Positions 1 through 10,806 of a stretch of 64,000 bases of DNA are shown one piece after another. Below the pieces are notes generated by a model. It saw only the letters and a list, made by a program, of their open reading frames with translations. It ran no database searches and was not told the origin of the DNA. The position numbers and the translations under genes are program-made. This stretch comes from Anaeramoeba ignava BMAN (lineage: Eukaryota; Protista; Anaeramoebae): contig JAPDFW010000003.1 of assembly GCA_028826165.1 (NCBI GenBank), forward strand, positions 1 through 64,000. The letters are read 5' to 3'. The first letter of the stretch is position 1. Each line of letters starts with the position of its first letter.

Positions 1-2660
1 ATTATGATTCAACAGAAAAATTTGAGTAAATCAATTTATTTTCTTACACTTTTTCAATCTAAATTAACTTTCAAATTAAAATGTTTAGGGTTAATTTCGA
101 AACTAATCAAATTCAATATGTTTTTATGGGATGCCAAACTGGATCTTATTCAGCAGATTTATATTCCGAATGCCAACCTTGTGGATATGGACGCTATTCA
201 TCATCAAGAGGTTCTTTTTGTAATTATTGCCCATTAGGATATTATACAAATCAAACAGGATCATCAGATTGTTCACCATGTTCACAAGGCACATTTTCTT
301 CAAAAACTGGAGCAATAAATTGCCAGCTTTGTGTCCCTGGAACTTTTACTGCAAATAATGGATCACAATGGTGTTCAGAATGTCCTGATGGATATTATTC
401 TGATTATGAAGGAGCAACTGAGTGCACAAAAATGTGGAACAGGTCATCAAACAAAAATCCTTCTAGTTGTGATCCTTGTAAAAGTGGAACTTATAATAAT
501 AAAGAAGCATCTACTTGTGTTCTTTGTTCTTCTGGAACATATTCTGGAGTTGGAGCAATTTCATGCACTCCATGTGGAAAAGAATTATTATCAAGATCAA
601 CTTGGTATTTTAATTTTAATTTGATTTGATTTTAAATATTTTAATTTAATTTTAATTTGAATTTGTTAGGTCAACCAAGTTGTAAAAATTGTCCTGCAAA
701 TACAATCACTTTTAGTCAAGCTTCAACTTTAATTCTGAATGTGTTTGTAAAGAAGGAATGTATGGAGAACCTGGTGGAAATTGTAAAGAATGCCCTGAAG
801 GAGGTATTTGTGATGAAGCAGGAATTACAGAACCAGAAGTAAAAGCAGGATATTGGGCTGATGATAACCTCAATTTCTATCATTGTGATCCTTTTGAAGC
901 TTGTCCTGGAGGAGCAAAAGGAACTTGTAATTCAAATTTGGGATATGAAGGTGTGATGTGTTCAGAATGTTCTAAAGGATTTTATAGGATTTCTGGTAGA
1001 TGTGAAAAATGTCCAGCAAATGCAAAAACTAGATTGATAATTGCTTTCTTTTTAATCATGATATTTGCTATCATCTTGTTAATTATTGTTAGAAGTCAAG
1101 CAAGATCTTATTTTGGAAGTTTAAGTATTGCATTTTCTTTCTTCCAAATCTTAGCAACACTTCCCAAAATGAATATTAATTGGCCGCCAAGATTACAAAA
1201 ATTTCATGAATAGTTTAACTTCTTTTAATTTCAATGTTGATTTGGTTGCTCCTGAATGTAGTATCTCAGCTTCATTCACTGGCAAATGGTTTGCAGTTAT
1301 GTTGATTCCTTTTGTAGTTCTTGCAATGTTTGCTTTTCTTTTTCTTATTGTTAGACTTCATGCAATTATCGTGAAAAAATGCGGTTCAAAATTTGCTAAT
1401 AAATTCCCAAGATTTTGTTCAAGACCAACAAGGAAAACAACAAACAAATATCTTCTTCCCTTCTCATGGATCCGTTTCCAAATTAGCAAATTATTCACAC
1501 ATGGGAATTCATCAGCTAAAAAATTATATTCCACTTTCATTAACGGATATGTTGCTTTTGCTTTTCTTGTTTATTTGGTTTTATGCCAATGGGTATTCGA
1601 TTTATTTTCTTGCACAAAACAAGCAGATGGGATTTACACATTAAATGCAGCACCAAGCTATCGATGCTATAACGATCCTTGGTGGAAAAAAATGGCAGTT
1701 GGAGGTGTTCTTTTTGGATTGCTTTATGTTATTGGAATTCCAGCTTTTATTATCTTTATGCTTTTTTATCACAGTAAAAAATATAATGATGAAATGTTTT
1801 ATTCAAGACTCAGTTTGTTATGCTCAAGATTTAGAAGAGAATGGTTTTTCTGGGAATTGATTGTGATGGCAAGAAAAGCCTTGTTTGTTTTTGCTTTACT
1901 TTATTTCAATTTTGCTTCTGATTTGCAAATTCGATTGTTGATTCTTATTCTTTTGATTGCCATTATTTTACAAGTTGCTTTTGAACCTTATGATACTCAA
2001 GGAAGAAATCGAGCGGAAATCATTTTGTTATGTGTTCTTGAAATTGTGATGATTTCGAGTTTTGTTTTTGTTTCAGATGAAAGTGGAGATACAAAAGCCA
2101 AAGAAAGAATTGAAACTTTCATTTTGATTCTAATTTGGATGGCAATTATTGTTATATTCTTTGTTCTTTTCAATGAAATTGTTGAAAGAGTGAAATACAA
2201 AAAAGAAAAGAGAAAGATCAAAAAAAGGAATCGAGAAAGAGATCTTCTTGAAGTTCTTAAAGAATCTGAATTTATTGTGTTTCTGGATCAAAAACCTTCA
2301 TTTGATTTGATTGTTCAATGGATTGGAACATTAAGTAAAAAAGAATCATCCAAATTTGCAAATTTTATCAGTCAATTTGATGGTTTAATTCAAAAAAATT
2401 CAGTTCAATTTCCAGAACAAAAATATTTGGATAATTGGAGAGAATTAATTGAAACTGAATTGAAAAATTGGTATGAACAAAGAGCAACTATTAAAGAGAA
2501 ATTGATGTTTTCAAATCTTATTAATTCACTTTTTATGTATCTTGTTGAAAAAGGAGATAATCCAATTCAAAGATGGAGATCGAATACTCAAAATATAATT
2601 CCACTTTCTCAAAACGAAAATGAAAAAGAAAAAGAAAAAGAATCAAATGATTTGAATTGA
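1..2660 (+). CDS. Cys-rich (GCC2/GCC3, TNFR/ephrin-receptor-like repeats) ectodomain plus multi-pass TM protein, 5'-partial
   Basis: ORF pieces 81-629, 758-1213 and 1206-2660 give CxxCxxGxY/F repeats followed by about 9 hydrophobic helices with WELIVMARK. Intron 605-669 (GT..TAG). The pieces are joined by apparent single-base frameshifts. Confidence 0.75.
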
Positions 2661-2731
2661 AAACCAAAATATTTTTTTTTCATTTTTTTCTTTTCAAAAA
2701 AATTCAAAAACTAAAAAATAAAAAAAAGAAA

Positions 2732-4582
2732 ATGAATGAAATTTTATTTTTTGGTCAAAATTCAAATCCAAAACTTTTCAAAAATGAATCAGATAAAATA
2801 ACAAAACCAATTCAATTTAAATTTGAAAATGAAAATGAAAATGAAAATGAAAAACAAATTAAACAAATTTCATCAGGAAATTATTCAACAATTTTCCTTT
2901 TTGAAAATGGAAAAGCAGTAGAATACTTAAATGAAAATTATTCAAATCAAAATCCTGAAAATATTCAAATTGAAAATATTCAAAAAGTAACTGTTGGTTA
3001 TCGAAATGAAGCTATTTTAACAATAGAGGGAAATGTATTTGCCAAAGGAATATATATCAATCCATTTAATCCAAAAGAATTTATCAATATTTCATCATTA
3101 ATTGAAGATATAAATGATAGAATAATTGAAGATATTGTTTCTGGATTTGATTCAATTTACTTATTAACTTCAAATCATAATGTTTATGGAATTGGTTCAA
3201 ATTCTTATGGTCAACTTGGTTTTGATTCTGAAACACTTCAAAAAACAGAAAAACCAATTTTAATGATGAAAAATGTTTCTAAAATATTTTCAGGAAATTC
3301 TTCAAATCATGTTTTTCTTTTAAATTCAAATCAAAAATTATTTGGATGCGGTCATAATTATTATAGTCAACTTGGATTAGGAGAATCAATAGAAGAAGAA
3401 AGAATCAAAAAATTAACCAAAATCCAAAATATTCCAAAAGGCAAAATAATTGATATTCAATGTGGATATTCTCATTCAATAATGTTGATTGAAGATGAAA
3501 ATGAAAATGAAAATCCAAAAAGAAAGCTTTATTCATGTGGAAATCCTGGATGCAATGGGTTTGGCAAAGATGAAAATACTTATGAATTTACTGAAATTAA
3601 ATCATCTTTATTTGAAAATGATGATAATATTATTGATTTTTCTGTTGGATGTTTCCAGAATTTGATTTTAACTTCTAAAAGAAAGATTATAGGTTTTGGA
3701 AGTAATTTTTCTGGTGAATTAGGAACTGGAGATACAAATACACAACCAATTCCAATTCAAATTGAACTTCCTAAATTAAGATTTAATGAAAATATTTCCA
3801 ATTATCATATTTCTTCTGCATATTACAATTCATTTCTTTATTATTCTTCTCTTTCTTTTTCCAATCTTGAAGAAGATTTGATAAAACTATTTAGAAGAAA
3901 AGAATTTTGTGATATTTCATTTAAAACCAAAAATGGAGAAATAATTGAAGCTCATAAATTAATATTGAAATATAGATTAAATCAAAATCAAAATCAAAAT
4001 CAAATTGAAAAACTTCAAGAAATTATTTCAAAAAAATCAATTAAAGAATCAAATCAAATATTTGAAATGATTTATTCAAACAGAATAATAAATCCAATAT
4101 TATATTCTGAAATTAAAGAAATTATAAATTCAAATGAAAAAATTGAAGAAACAATGAAAAGAATTTATTTAAATGAAAATGAAAATGAAAAAGATTTTAT
4201 AATTGAAAGAAAAGAAAAACAATATAAATTTCCAAAATTAATATTAATAATGAGAAGTGAATTATATCGAGGAATGTTTTTATCTGTAACTGAAGATAAA
4301 TCTAATAAAGTTACAGATTATAGTGAATTAAGTAATAAATCATTTCAAATATTTGAATATTGGATTTATTCAAATCAAATTAAAGAAGATATCCAAATTA
4401 CACAAGAAATAATTGATGAAATTCAAGTTGGAATTGATTATTTTCAATTAAATCAAACAAATCCAAATTTATTTGATTTATTAATTAAAAAATTTAATAA
4501 TCAAGAACTGAAGAAAAAAGAAAAAGACAAAAAAAAGAGAGTAACAAAAAAAGAGAAATCAGATAAATGCTCTATATTTTAA
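2732..4582 (+). CDS. RCC1-repeat beta-propeller plus tandem BTB/POZ protein, copy 1, with C-terminal polybasic CaaX tail
   Basis: GSNSYGQLG and CGYSHS RCC1 motifs; FCDISF..IEAHKLILKYR and KDFII..FPKLILIMRSELYRGMF BTB motifs; ATG 2732 in AAAATG context; ends KKEKSDKCSIF. Confidence 0.9.
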   Translation: MNEILFFGQNSNPKLFKNESDKITKPIQFKFENENENENEKQIKQISSGNYSTIFLFENGKAVEYLNENYSNQNPENIQIENIQKVTVGYRNEAILTIEGNVFAKGIYINPFNPKEFINISSLIEDINDRIIEDIVSGFDSIYLLTSNHNVYGIGSNSYGQLGFDSETLQKTEKPILMMKNVSKIFSGNSSNHVFLLNSNQKLFGCGHNYYSQLGLGESIEEERIKKLTKIQNIPKGKIIDIQCGYSHSIMLIEDENENENPKRKLYSCGNPGCNGFGKDENTYEFTEIKSSLFENDDNIIDFSVGCFQNLILTSKRKIIGFGSNFSGELGTGDTNTQPIPIQIELPKLRFNENISNYHISSAYYNSFLYYSSLSFSNLEEDLIKLFRRKEFCDISFKTKNGEIIEAHKLILKYRLNQNQNQNQIEKLQEIISKKSIKESNQIFEMIYSNRIINPILYSEIKEIINSNEKIEETMKRIYLNENENEKDFIIERKEKQYKFPKLILIMRSELYRGMFLSVTEDKSNKVTDYSELSNKSFQIFEYWIYSNQIKEDIQITQEIIDEIQVGIDYFQLNQTNPNLFDLLIKKFNNQELKKKEKDKKKRVTKKEKSDKCSIF

Positions 4583-4651
4583 ATTAAAATTAAAATTAAA
4601 ATTAAAATTAAAATCTAAATTTTCATTTTTTCATTTTTTTTCTTTTCAAAA

Positions 4652-6421
4652 ATGAATGATTGTTTATTTTTTGGTTTAAATCAATATCCAAAACTTTTCA
4701 AAAATAAACCAGAAGAAATAACAAAACCAATTCAATTTAAATTTGAAAATGAAAATGAAAATGAAAATGAAAATGAAAATGAAAAACAAATTAAACAAAT
4801 TTCAACAAGTTATTCTGGAACAATTTTCCTTTTTGAAAATGGAAAAGCAATAGAATATTCAAATCAAAATCTTGAAAAAATCCAAATTGAAAATATTCAA
4901 AAAGTAACTGTTGGTTTGCGAAATGAAGCTATTTTAACAATAGAAGGAAATGTATTTGCCAAAGGAAGTTATATCAACTCAAAAAATCCAAATGAATTTA
5001 TCAATATTTCATCATTAATCGGAGATACAAATGATAGAATAATTGAAGATATTATTTCTGGAGAAAGCTCAATTTACTTATTAACTTCAAATCAAAATGC
5101 TTATGGAATTGGTTCAAATTATTTTGGTCAATTTGGTTTAGATTCTGAAACACTTCCAAAAACAGAAAAACCAATTTTAATAATGAAAAATGTTTCTAAA
5201 ATATTTTCAGGAAATTCTTCACAACATGTTTTTCTTTTAAATTCAAATCAAGAATTATTTGGATGCGGTCATAATTATTATAGTCAACTTGGATTAGGAG
5301 AATCAAGAAAACAAGAAAAAATTCCTAAATTAACCAAAATCCAAAATATTCCAAAAGGCAAAATAATTGATATTCAATCTGGATATTCTCATTCAATAAT
5401 GTTGATTGAAGATGAAAATCAAAATCAAAATCCAAAAAGAAAACTTTATTCATGTGGATTTTATCAATTTAATGGACTTGGCCAAAATGAAAGTACTTAT
5501 GAATTTACTGAAATCAAATCATCTTTATTTGAAAATGATGATTATATTCTTGATTTTTCTATTGGAAATGTTCATACTTTGATTTTAACTTCCAAATCAA
5601 AATTAATTGGTTTTGGAGGTAATTCTTATGGTCAATTAGGAACTGGAAATACAAAAAATCAATTAATTCCTATTCAAATCGAACTTCCTAAATTAAGATT
5701 TAATGAAAAAATTTCTAATTATCATTTTTGTTCTGCATATTACAATTCATTTCTTTATTATTCTCCTTTTCTTTCTCCTTTTTCCAATCTTGAAGAAGAT
5801 TTGATAAAATTATTTAGAAGAAAAGAATTTTGTGATATTTCATTTAAAACAGAAAATGGAGAAATAATTGAAGCTCATAAATTAATATTGAAATATAGAT
5901 TAAATCAAAATCAAAATCAAATTGAAAAACTTCAAGAAATTATTTCAAAAAAATCAATTAAAGAATCAAATCAAATATTTGAAATGATTTATTCAAACAG
6001 AATAATAAATCCAAAATTATATTTTGAAATTAAAGAAATTATAAATTCCAATGAAAAAATTGAAGAAACAATTAAAAGAATTTATTTAAATGAAAAAGAA
6101 AAAGATTTTATTATTGAAAGAAAAGAAAAACAATATAAATTTCCTAAATTAATATTAATAATGAGAAGTGAATTATATCGAGGAATGTTTTTATCTGTAA
6201 CTGAAGATAAATCTAATAAAGTTACAGATTATAGTGAATTAAGTAATAAATCATTTCAAATATTTGAATATTGGATTTATTCAAATCAAATTAAAGATGG
6301 AATTAAAATTACACAAGAAATAATTAATGAAATTCAAATTGGAATTGATTATTTTCAATTAAATGAAACAAATCCAAATTTATTTGATTTATTAATTAAC
6401 AAATTTAATAATCAAAATTAA
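4652..6421 (+). CDS. RCC1-repeat plus BTB protein, copy 2
   Basis: Intact 589-aa ORF, colinear with copy 1. Confidence 0.9.
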   Translation: MNDCLFFGLNQYPKLFKNKPEEITKPIQFKFENENENENENENEKQIKQISTSYSGTIFLFENGKAIEYSNQNLEKIQIENIQKVTVGLRNEAILTIEGNVFAKGSYINSKNPNEFINISSLIGDTNDRIIEDIISGESSIYLLTSNQNAYGIGSNYFGQFGLDSETLPKTEKPILIMKNVSKIFSGNSSQHVFLLNSNQELFGCGHNYYSQLGLGESRKQEKIPKLTKIQNIPKGKIIDIQSGYSHSIMLIEDENQNQNPKRKLYSCGFYQFNGLGQNESTYEFTEIKSSLFENDDYILDFSIGNVHTLILTSKSKLIGFGGNSYGQLGTGNTKNQLIPIQIELPKLRFNEKISNYHFCSAYYNSFLYYSPFLSPFSNLEEDLIKLFRRKEFCDISFKTENGEIIEAHKLILKYRLNQNQNQIEKLQEIISKKSIKESNQIFEMIYSNRIINPKLYFEIKEIINSNEKIEETIKRIYLNEKEKDFIIERKEKQYKFPKLILIMRSELYRGMFLSVTEDKSNKVTDYSELSNKSFQIFEYWIYSNQIKDGIKITQEIINEIQIGIDYFQLNETNPNLFDLLINKFNNQN

Positions 6422-6481
6422 AATTAAAATTAAAATTAAAATTAAAATTAAAATTAAAAATAAAATTTTTTTGCTTTTTTT

Positions 6482-8725
6482 TCATTTCAAAAAAAAATCT
6501 AAAATGGAATTTGGATTTAATTGATAATAATCTTTTAAATCTTCTAATTCTTCTCTCTTCATTTCTTTTGTTTCATCAAATTTATCATGATAAAGAAAAT
6601 AAATTAACTGTTGAATTGTTTCAAATGATTTTTTTGAATAATCATGAACTTGATTAGAAGAATCTTGAACATTTAATTGAAACATTCCTTTAAATAAATC
6701 ACTTCTCATTATTAATACTAATTTATGAACTTTAATTTCTTTTTCTTCTTCGTTTTCATTTGAGATAATTATTGTAAAATCTTTTGTTGATTCATTTTGA
6801 TATAATTTATGAAAATCTTTTATTATTCCTTTTCTTCCTCTTTTTGATTCAATCCAATTTGAAGTAAATCCCATCTCTTTGAAAAAATCTTCAATTTGAT
6901 TTTGATTTTTTTCATTGTTTATGTTTTCGTTTTCTTTGATTTTTTGTTTTATGTGTTGGAAATCAGTAAATCCCGTATAAAGAAAACTTAATGAAATCTC
7001 AACAATTTCTTTAGATTTGTGAGAGCAAAGATCCACAAATTTGTCTAACATTGATTCTTTTTCATCAAGTCTACTGAATAAAATCAACTTATGGACTTTA
7101 AATTTCGAAAAATCATGAGATTGAATTTGAAAATCGGAAAAATCATTTGAATGAAGCAAATTCTTCATATCTTCGTTGAATGAGTAAATTTGCGAAAATA
7201 AATCAGTAAATTCTTTTGTGATTTTGGTTTTTTGTAAATCATAAAAAATAGCATCGTTAATTAATAGATATTCAACAAGATCCCATTTTTTTTTGAGAAT
7301 AGCAATCGAAAGAGGTGTTTGATTTTGGTTTTGTTTTTCATTTATATCCATCCCTTGTGAAACTAGATATTTCACAACTTGAAGTGAATTTCTCCAACAA
7401 GCAATATGTAAAGCTGTTTGATTTTGTTTGTTTTTTGCATTGAGCTCGGCTCCTTTTTCCACAAGAAACTGAATAACTTCAACTGAATTTTTACAGCATG
7501 CAAAATGTAAACAGGTTTCATTCAAAATTGTTTTTTCATTTATATCCAATCCTTTTAAAACCAAATATTCTATAACTTCTAGCGAATTCCCCAAACAAGC
7601 AATATGCAAAGGCGATTTATTTTGGTTATCTACTGCAGTTAAATCAGCACCTTTTTCCACAAGAAATTTGATAGTTTTAAATGAATTTTTCAAACATGCA
7701 ATATGCAAACATGTTTCTTCTCCATTTGTTTTTGCATTTATATTCAATCCTTTTGAAACCAAATATTCAACAGCACTGTAAGAATTATTCCAACAAGCTA
7801 AATGTAATGCAGTTTGATTGTCATAATTTGTTGAATTTAGATCAATTCCCTTTTCCACAAGAAATTTGATAGTTTTAAATGAATTTTTCCAACATGCAAT
7901 ATGCAAACATGTTTCTTCGCCATTTATTTTTGCATTTATATCCAATCCTTTTGAAATTAAATATTCAATAACTTGTAGTGAATTTTTTTGGCATGCCAAA
8001 TGTAATACAGATTGATTATCACTAGTTTTTTCATTTATATCCAATCCTTTTGAAATTAAATATTCAATAACTTGTAGTGAATTTTTTTGGCATGCAAAAT
8101 GTAATGTTGTTTTATTATCACTAGTTTTTTCATTTATATCCAATCCTTTGGAAATTAAATATTCAATAACTTCAATGGAATTATTCCAACAAGCAAAATG
8201 TAATGGTGTTTCATTATTATTTGTTTTTGCATTTATATCCAATCCTTTGGAAATTAAATATTCAATGATTTCAATGGAACTATTCCAACAAGCAAAATGT
8301 AATGGTGTTTCATTATTATTTGTTTTTGCATTTATATCCAATCCTTTGGAAATTAGAAATTCCATTTTTTCAATAAAAGTCTCTTTTTCCAAATAAATCA
8401 TTGAATAATAAAGAACCGTTTTTTCTTTAGTATCTTTTAAATTAAGCGGAACTCCTTTTGAAATTAATAACTCAAATATATCAATTCCTGAATTATTGAT
8501 CATCGCAATATGTAATGGATTTCTGCCTAATTTATTCATTGAGTTTGGATTGATTCCTTTTTCAATCAAAAGTTGAATCATTTCTTTTGAATTTTTCTTT
8601 TCGATTGCAAAATGTAAAATTGGTTTTTCATCATTTTCTAGATCTTTTTGGGAAAGGAAATTAATTTGTTTTAATAATTGGATTTGATTTTTTTCAATTA
8701 TTTCATAAATATTTATTTTATTCAT
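6482..8725 (-). CDS. Ankyrin-repeat plus tandem BTB protein
   Basis: About 14 repeats of TPLHFAC..NS.EVIEYLISKGLDINAK, then FSDFQI..VHKLIL and KDFTII..VHKLVLIMRSDLFKGMF. Confidence 0.9.
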   Translation of the reverse strand: MNKINIYEIIEKNQIQLLKQINFLSQKDLENDEKPILHFAIEKKNSKEMIQLLIEKGINPNSMNKLGRNPLHIAMINNSGIDIFELLISKGVPLNLKDTKEKTVLYYSMIYLEKETFIEKMEFLISKGLDINAKTNNNETPLHFACWNSSIEIIEYLISKGLDINAKTNNNETPLHFACWNNSIEVIEYLISKGLDINEKTSDNKTTLHFACQKNSLQVIEYLISKGLDINEKTSDNQSVLHLACQKNSLQVIEYLISKGLDINAKINGEETCLHIACWKNSFKTIKFLVEKGIDLNSTNYDNQTALHLACWNNSYSAVEYLVSKGLNINAKTNGEETCLHIACLKNSFKTIKFLVEKGADLTAVDNQNKSPLHIACLGNSLEVIEYLVLKGLDINEKTILNETCLHFACCKNSVEVIQFLVEKGAELNAKNKQNQTALHIACWRNSLQVVKYLVSQGMDINEKQNQNQTPLSIAILKKKWDLVEYLLINDAIFYDLQKTKITKEFTDLFSQIYSFNEDMKNLLHSNDFSDFQIQSHDFSKFKVHKLILFSRLDEKESMLDKFVDLCSHKSKEIVEISLSFLYTGFTDFQHIKQKIKENENINNEKNQNQIEDFFKEMGFTSNWIESKRGRKGIIKDFHKLYQNESTKDFTIIISNENEEEKEIKVHKLVLIMRSDLFKGMFQLNVQDSSNQVHDYSKKSFETIQQLIYFLYHDKFDETKEMKREELEDLKDYYQLNPNSILDFFLK

Positions 8726-8808
8726 TTAAAATTAAAAAATTAAAAAATTAAAAAAAAAAATGATTTTCAAAATTTCATTTTTTTTTTTTCTTCTGTTTAT
8801 TAATTTTA

Positions 8809-10738
8809 ATGAAAGCTGTTTTTGGAAGAAGTAAAGGAAAGGTTTTTGGAATGAAACTTGATCCAAATCAACCTGTTCATCCTTTTGTTCAATCTTGTAT
8901 TGAATATATTCGAGGAAATGGTTGTTTTTTATTAAAAGAAAGAAAAAAAAAAAATTCAAATATTAAAATAATATCAATATTTCTTTTTTAATTTTATTAT
9001 TAATATTATTAATAATATTGATTAGGATTAACAAGTCAAAATATTTTTGCTGTTGAAGTTAAAGAAGATTTATTAGAATCTTTAAAAAAAAAATAAATAA
9101 AGGAGAAGAAATTATTTTTGATTCTTTTGGAGTTGATGTTGTTTGTTCTCTATTGAAAAGATATATCCAAGATTTACAAGTGCCTTTATTGCCGTTGAAT
9201 CATTTCATGCAGATTCTAGGTAAACAATTTTTATTTTTATAAATTTTAAATTATTTTTTTATAATTATTTTTTTAAAAAATTTTTTAGATTATTCTCCAA
9301 ATCGTAAAGTAAGAGCAATTTCTGAAATTTTCCCAAAGATTCCTTCTCAAAATCAAGTGCTACTATTTTCAATCTTGGAATTGTTTAGTGATATCATTTC
9401 AAAAGAACAACAAAATTTAATGAATATTGAGAAACTTTCATCAATTTTTGCTCCATTGATTCTTCGATTTGAGAAAGGAATGGAGAATAAATTTGCAGAT
9501 CATTTCAATATTGAGAATCAAAACCTTTCATCTGTAATTTCTGTGCTAATTCAAAATTATAAAAAAATCATGAGAAAAACGATTTTAAGAAAAGTAAAAT
9601 TCATTTATAAAATTAAAATAAAATTCATTTATAAAATTATAATAAAATTCATTTATAAAATTAAAACTAGAATTCAAAAAATAATATCAATTTAACTCAA
9701 AATACTCAAATGAGTGAATCAATTCAACGTTCAAATTCATCACAAAGTGTTAAAATACAAAGTGATTTGAGTGATAACGAACAAGTTCAAACTAAAGTAT
9801 CACGTAAACAATTAAAAAAAATGGAAAAAGAAGATAAAGAAGAAAAAGAAAGAGTTATTGAAATGCTTGAAAAAGAATTAACATTCTTAAAAAAACAACA
9901 ATTTGCTTTAAAAGAAAGAAACATTAATAAGTTTGAAAAAATTCGCAAAAGAACAAATGAACAGAAAAAACTTTTTGATGATTTTACAAAGCAAATCCAA
10001 GATCATCATACTCAAAAAATTAGTGATCTTGATCAAATTTCCAATCTTGCCAAGCAATCAGAAGAAATTGATGAGATTTGTAAAAATTTAGAACAAGAAT
10101 GTGAAATATTATCCAAAAAAATTGAAGAAAAAGAAAAAGAATTCCACAATTCAAGTGAGGAACTCAAAGACTCACGACTCAAATTTGAAAAGTTTATTGA
10201 GGAAACCAATTTCCAAATTTTTCGGTTGCAATTTGATTATCGATGGCTTTTAGAATATCGTTCACAATTAGAAAGAATCCAACAAAATTTTGCTCATGAA
10301 ATTCGTGAATCCATTGAAAATGAAAAAAATGCCAAAATTCAATCAATTATTTTAAAACAACAAATTAGATCATTTGGAAGTAAAATTCCTGAATTACAGA
10401 AAAATTACGATGAAAAAAAACAAGAATTGAATCAACAAGAAAGAGATTTAATTGATTTGTCGCATGCTTTGAATGAAGAAAGAGAAAGAATGGCAAAAAT
10501 ATATAACGAGAATGAATCTGAGATTGCTCGTTTATCTTATATTTATAATAATAAAATCCAACAAAATGATTTATTAATAAAAAATCAAGATTTACTTGAT
10601 TCAGAATTCAAATTCTCAACAGAATTTCTCCCTCAACTTGAACAAGAAGTTCAAAAAGCGCAAGAATTTTCTGACCAACAAGAAAAATACTTACAAATTC
10701 TTGCTATTCATTATTCAAAACTAAACCAAAAAAAATAA
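8809..10738 (+). CDS. RhoGAP-like domain plus long coiled coil (4 exons: 8809-8920, 9026-9219, 9289-9593, 9671-10738)
   Basis: VFGMKL..VHPFVQSCIEYIRGNGLTSQNIF..VCSLLKRYIQDLQVPLLP..NLMNIEKLSSIFAPLILR is the RhoGAP pattern. Introns restore frame; one missing A in the poly-A at ~9084-9093 is needed. Confidence 0.75.
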
Positions 10739-10806
10739 TTAAATTTAATTTTAAATTTAAAATTTAAAATTTATAAAATTGTTTTTCATTTTTTTTCTTT
10801 TCAAAA

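Noticed and set aside
2657-2731. N-terminal extensions in the ORF track (also 55276-55299 and 62149-62217)
   Set aside because: They start at non-ATG codons in T/A-rich promoter DNA; paralog alignment or the first in-frame ATG places the starts at 2732, 55275 and 62218.
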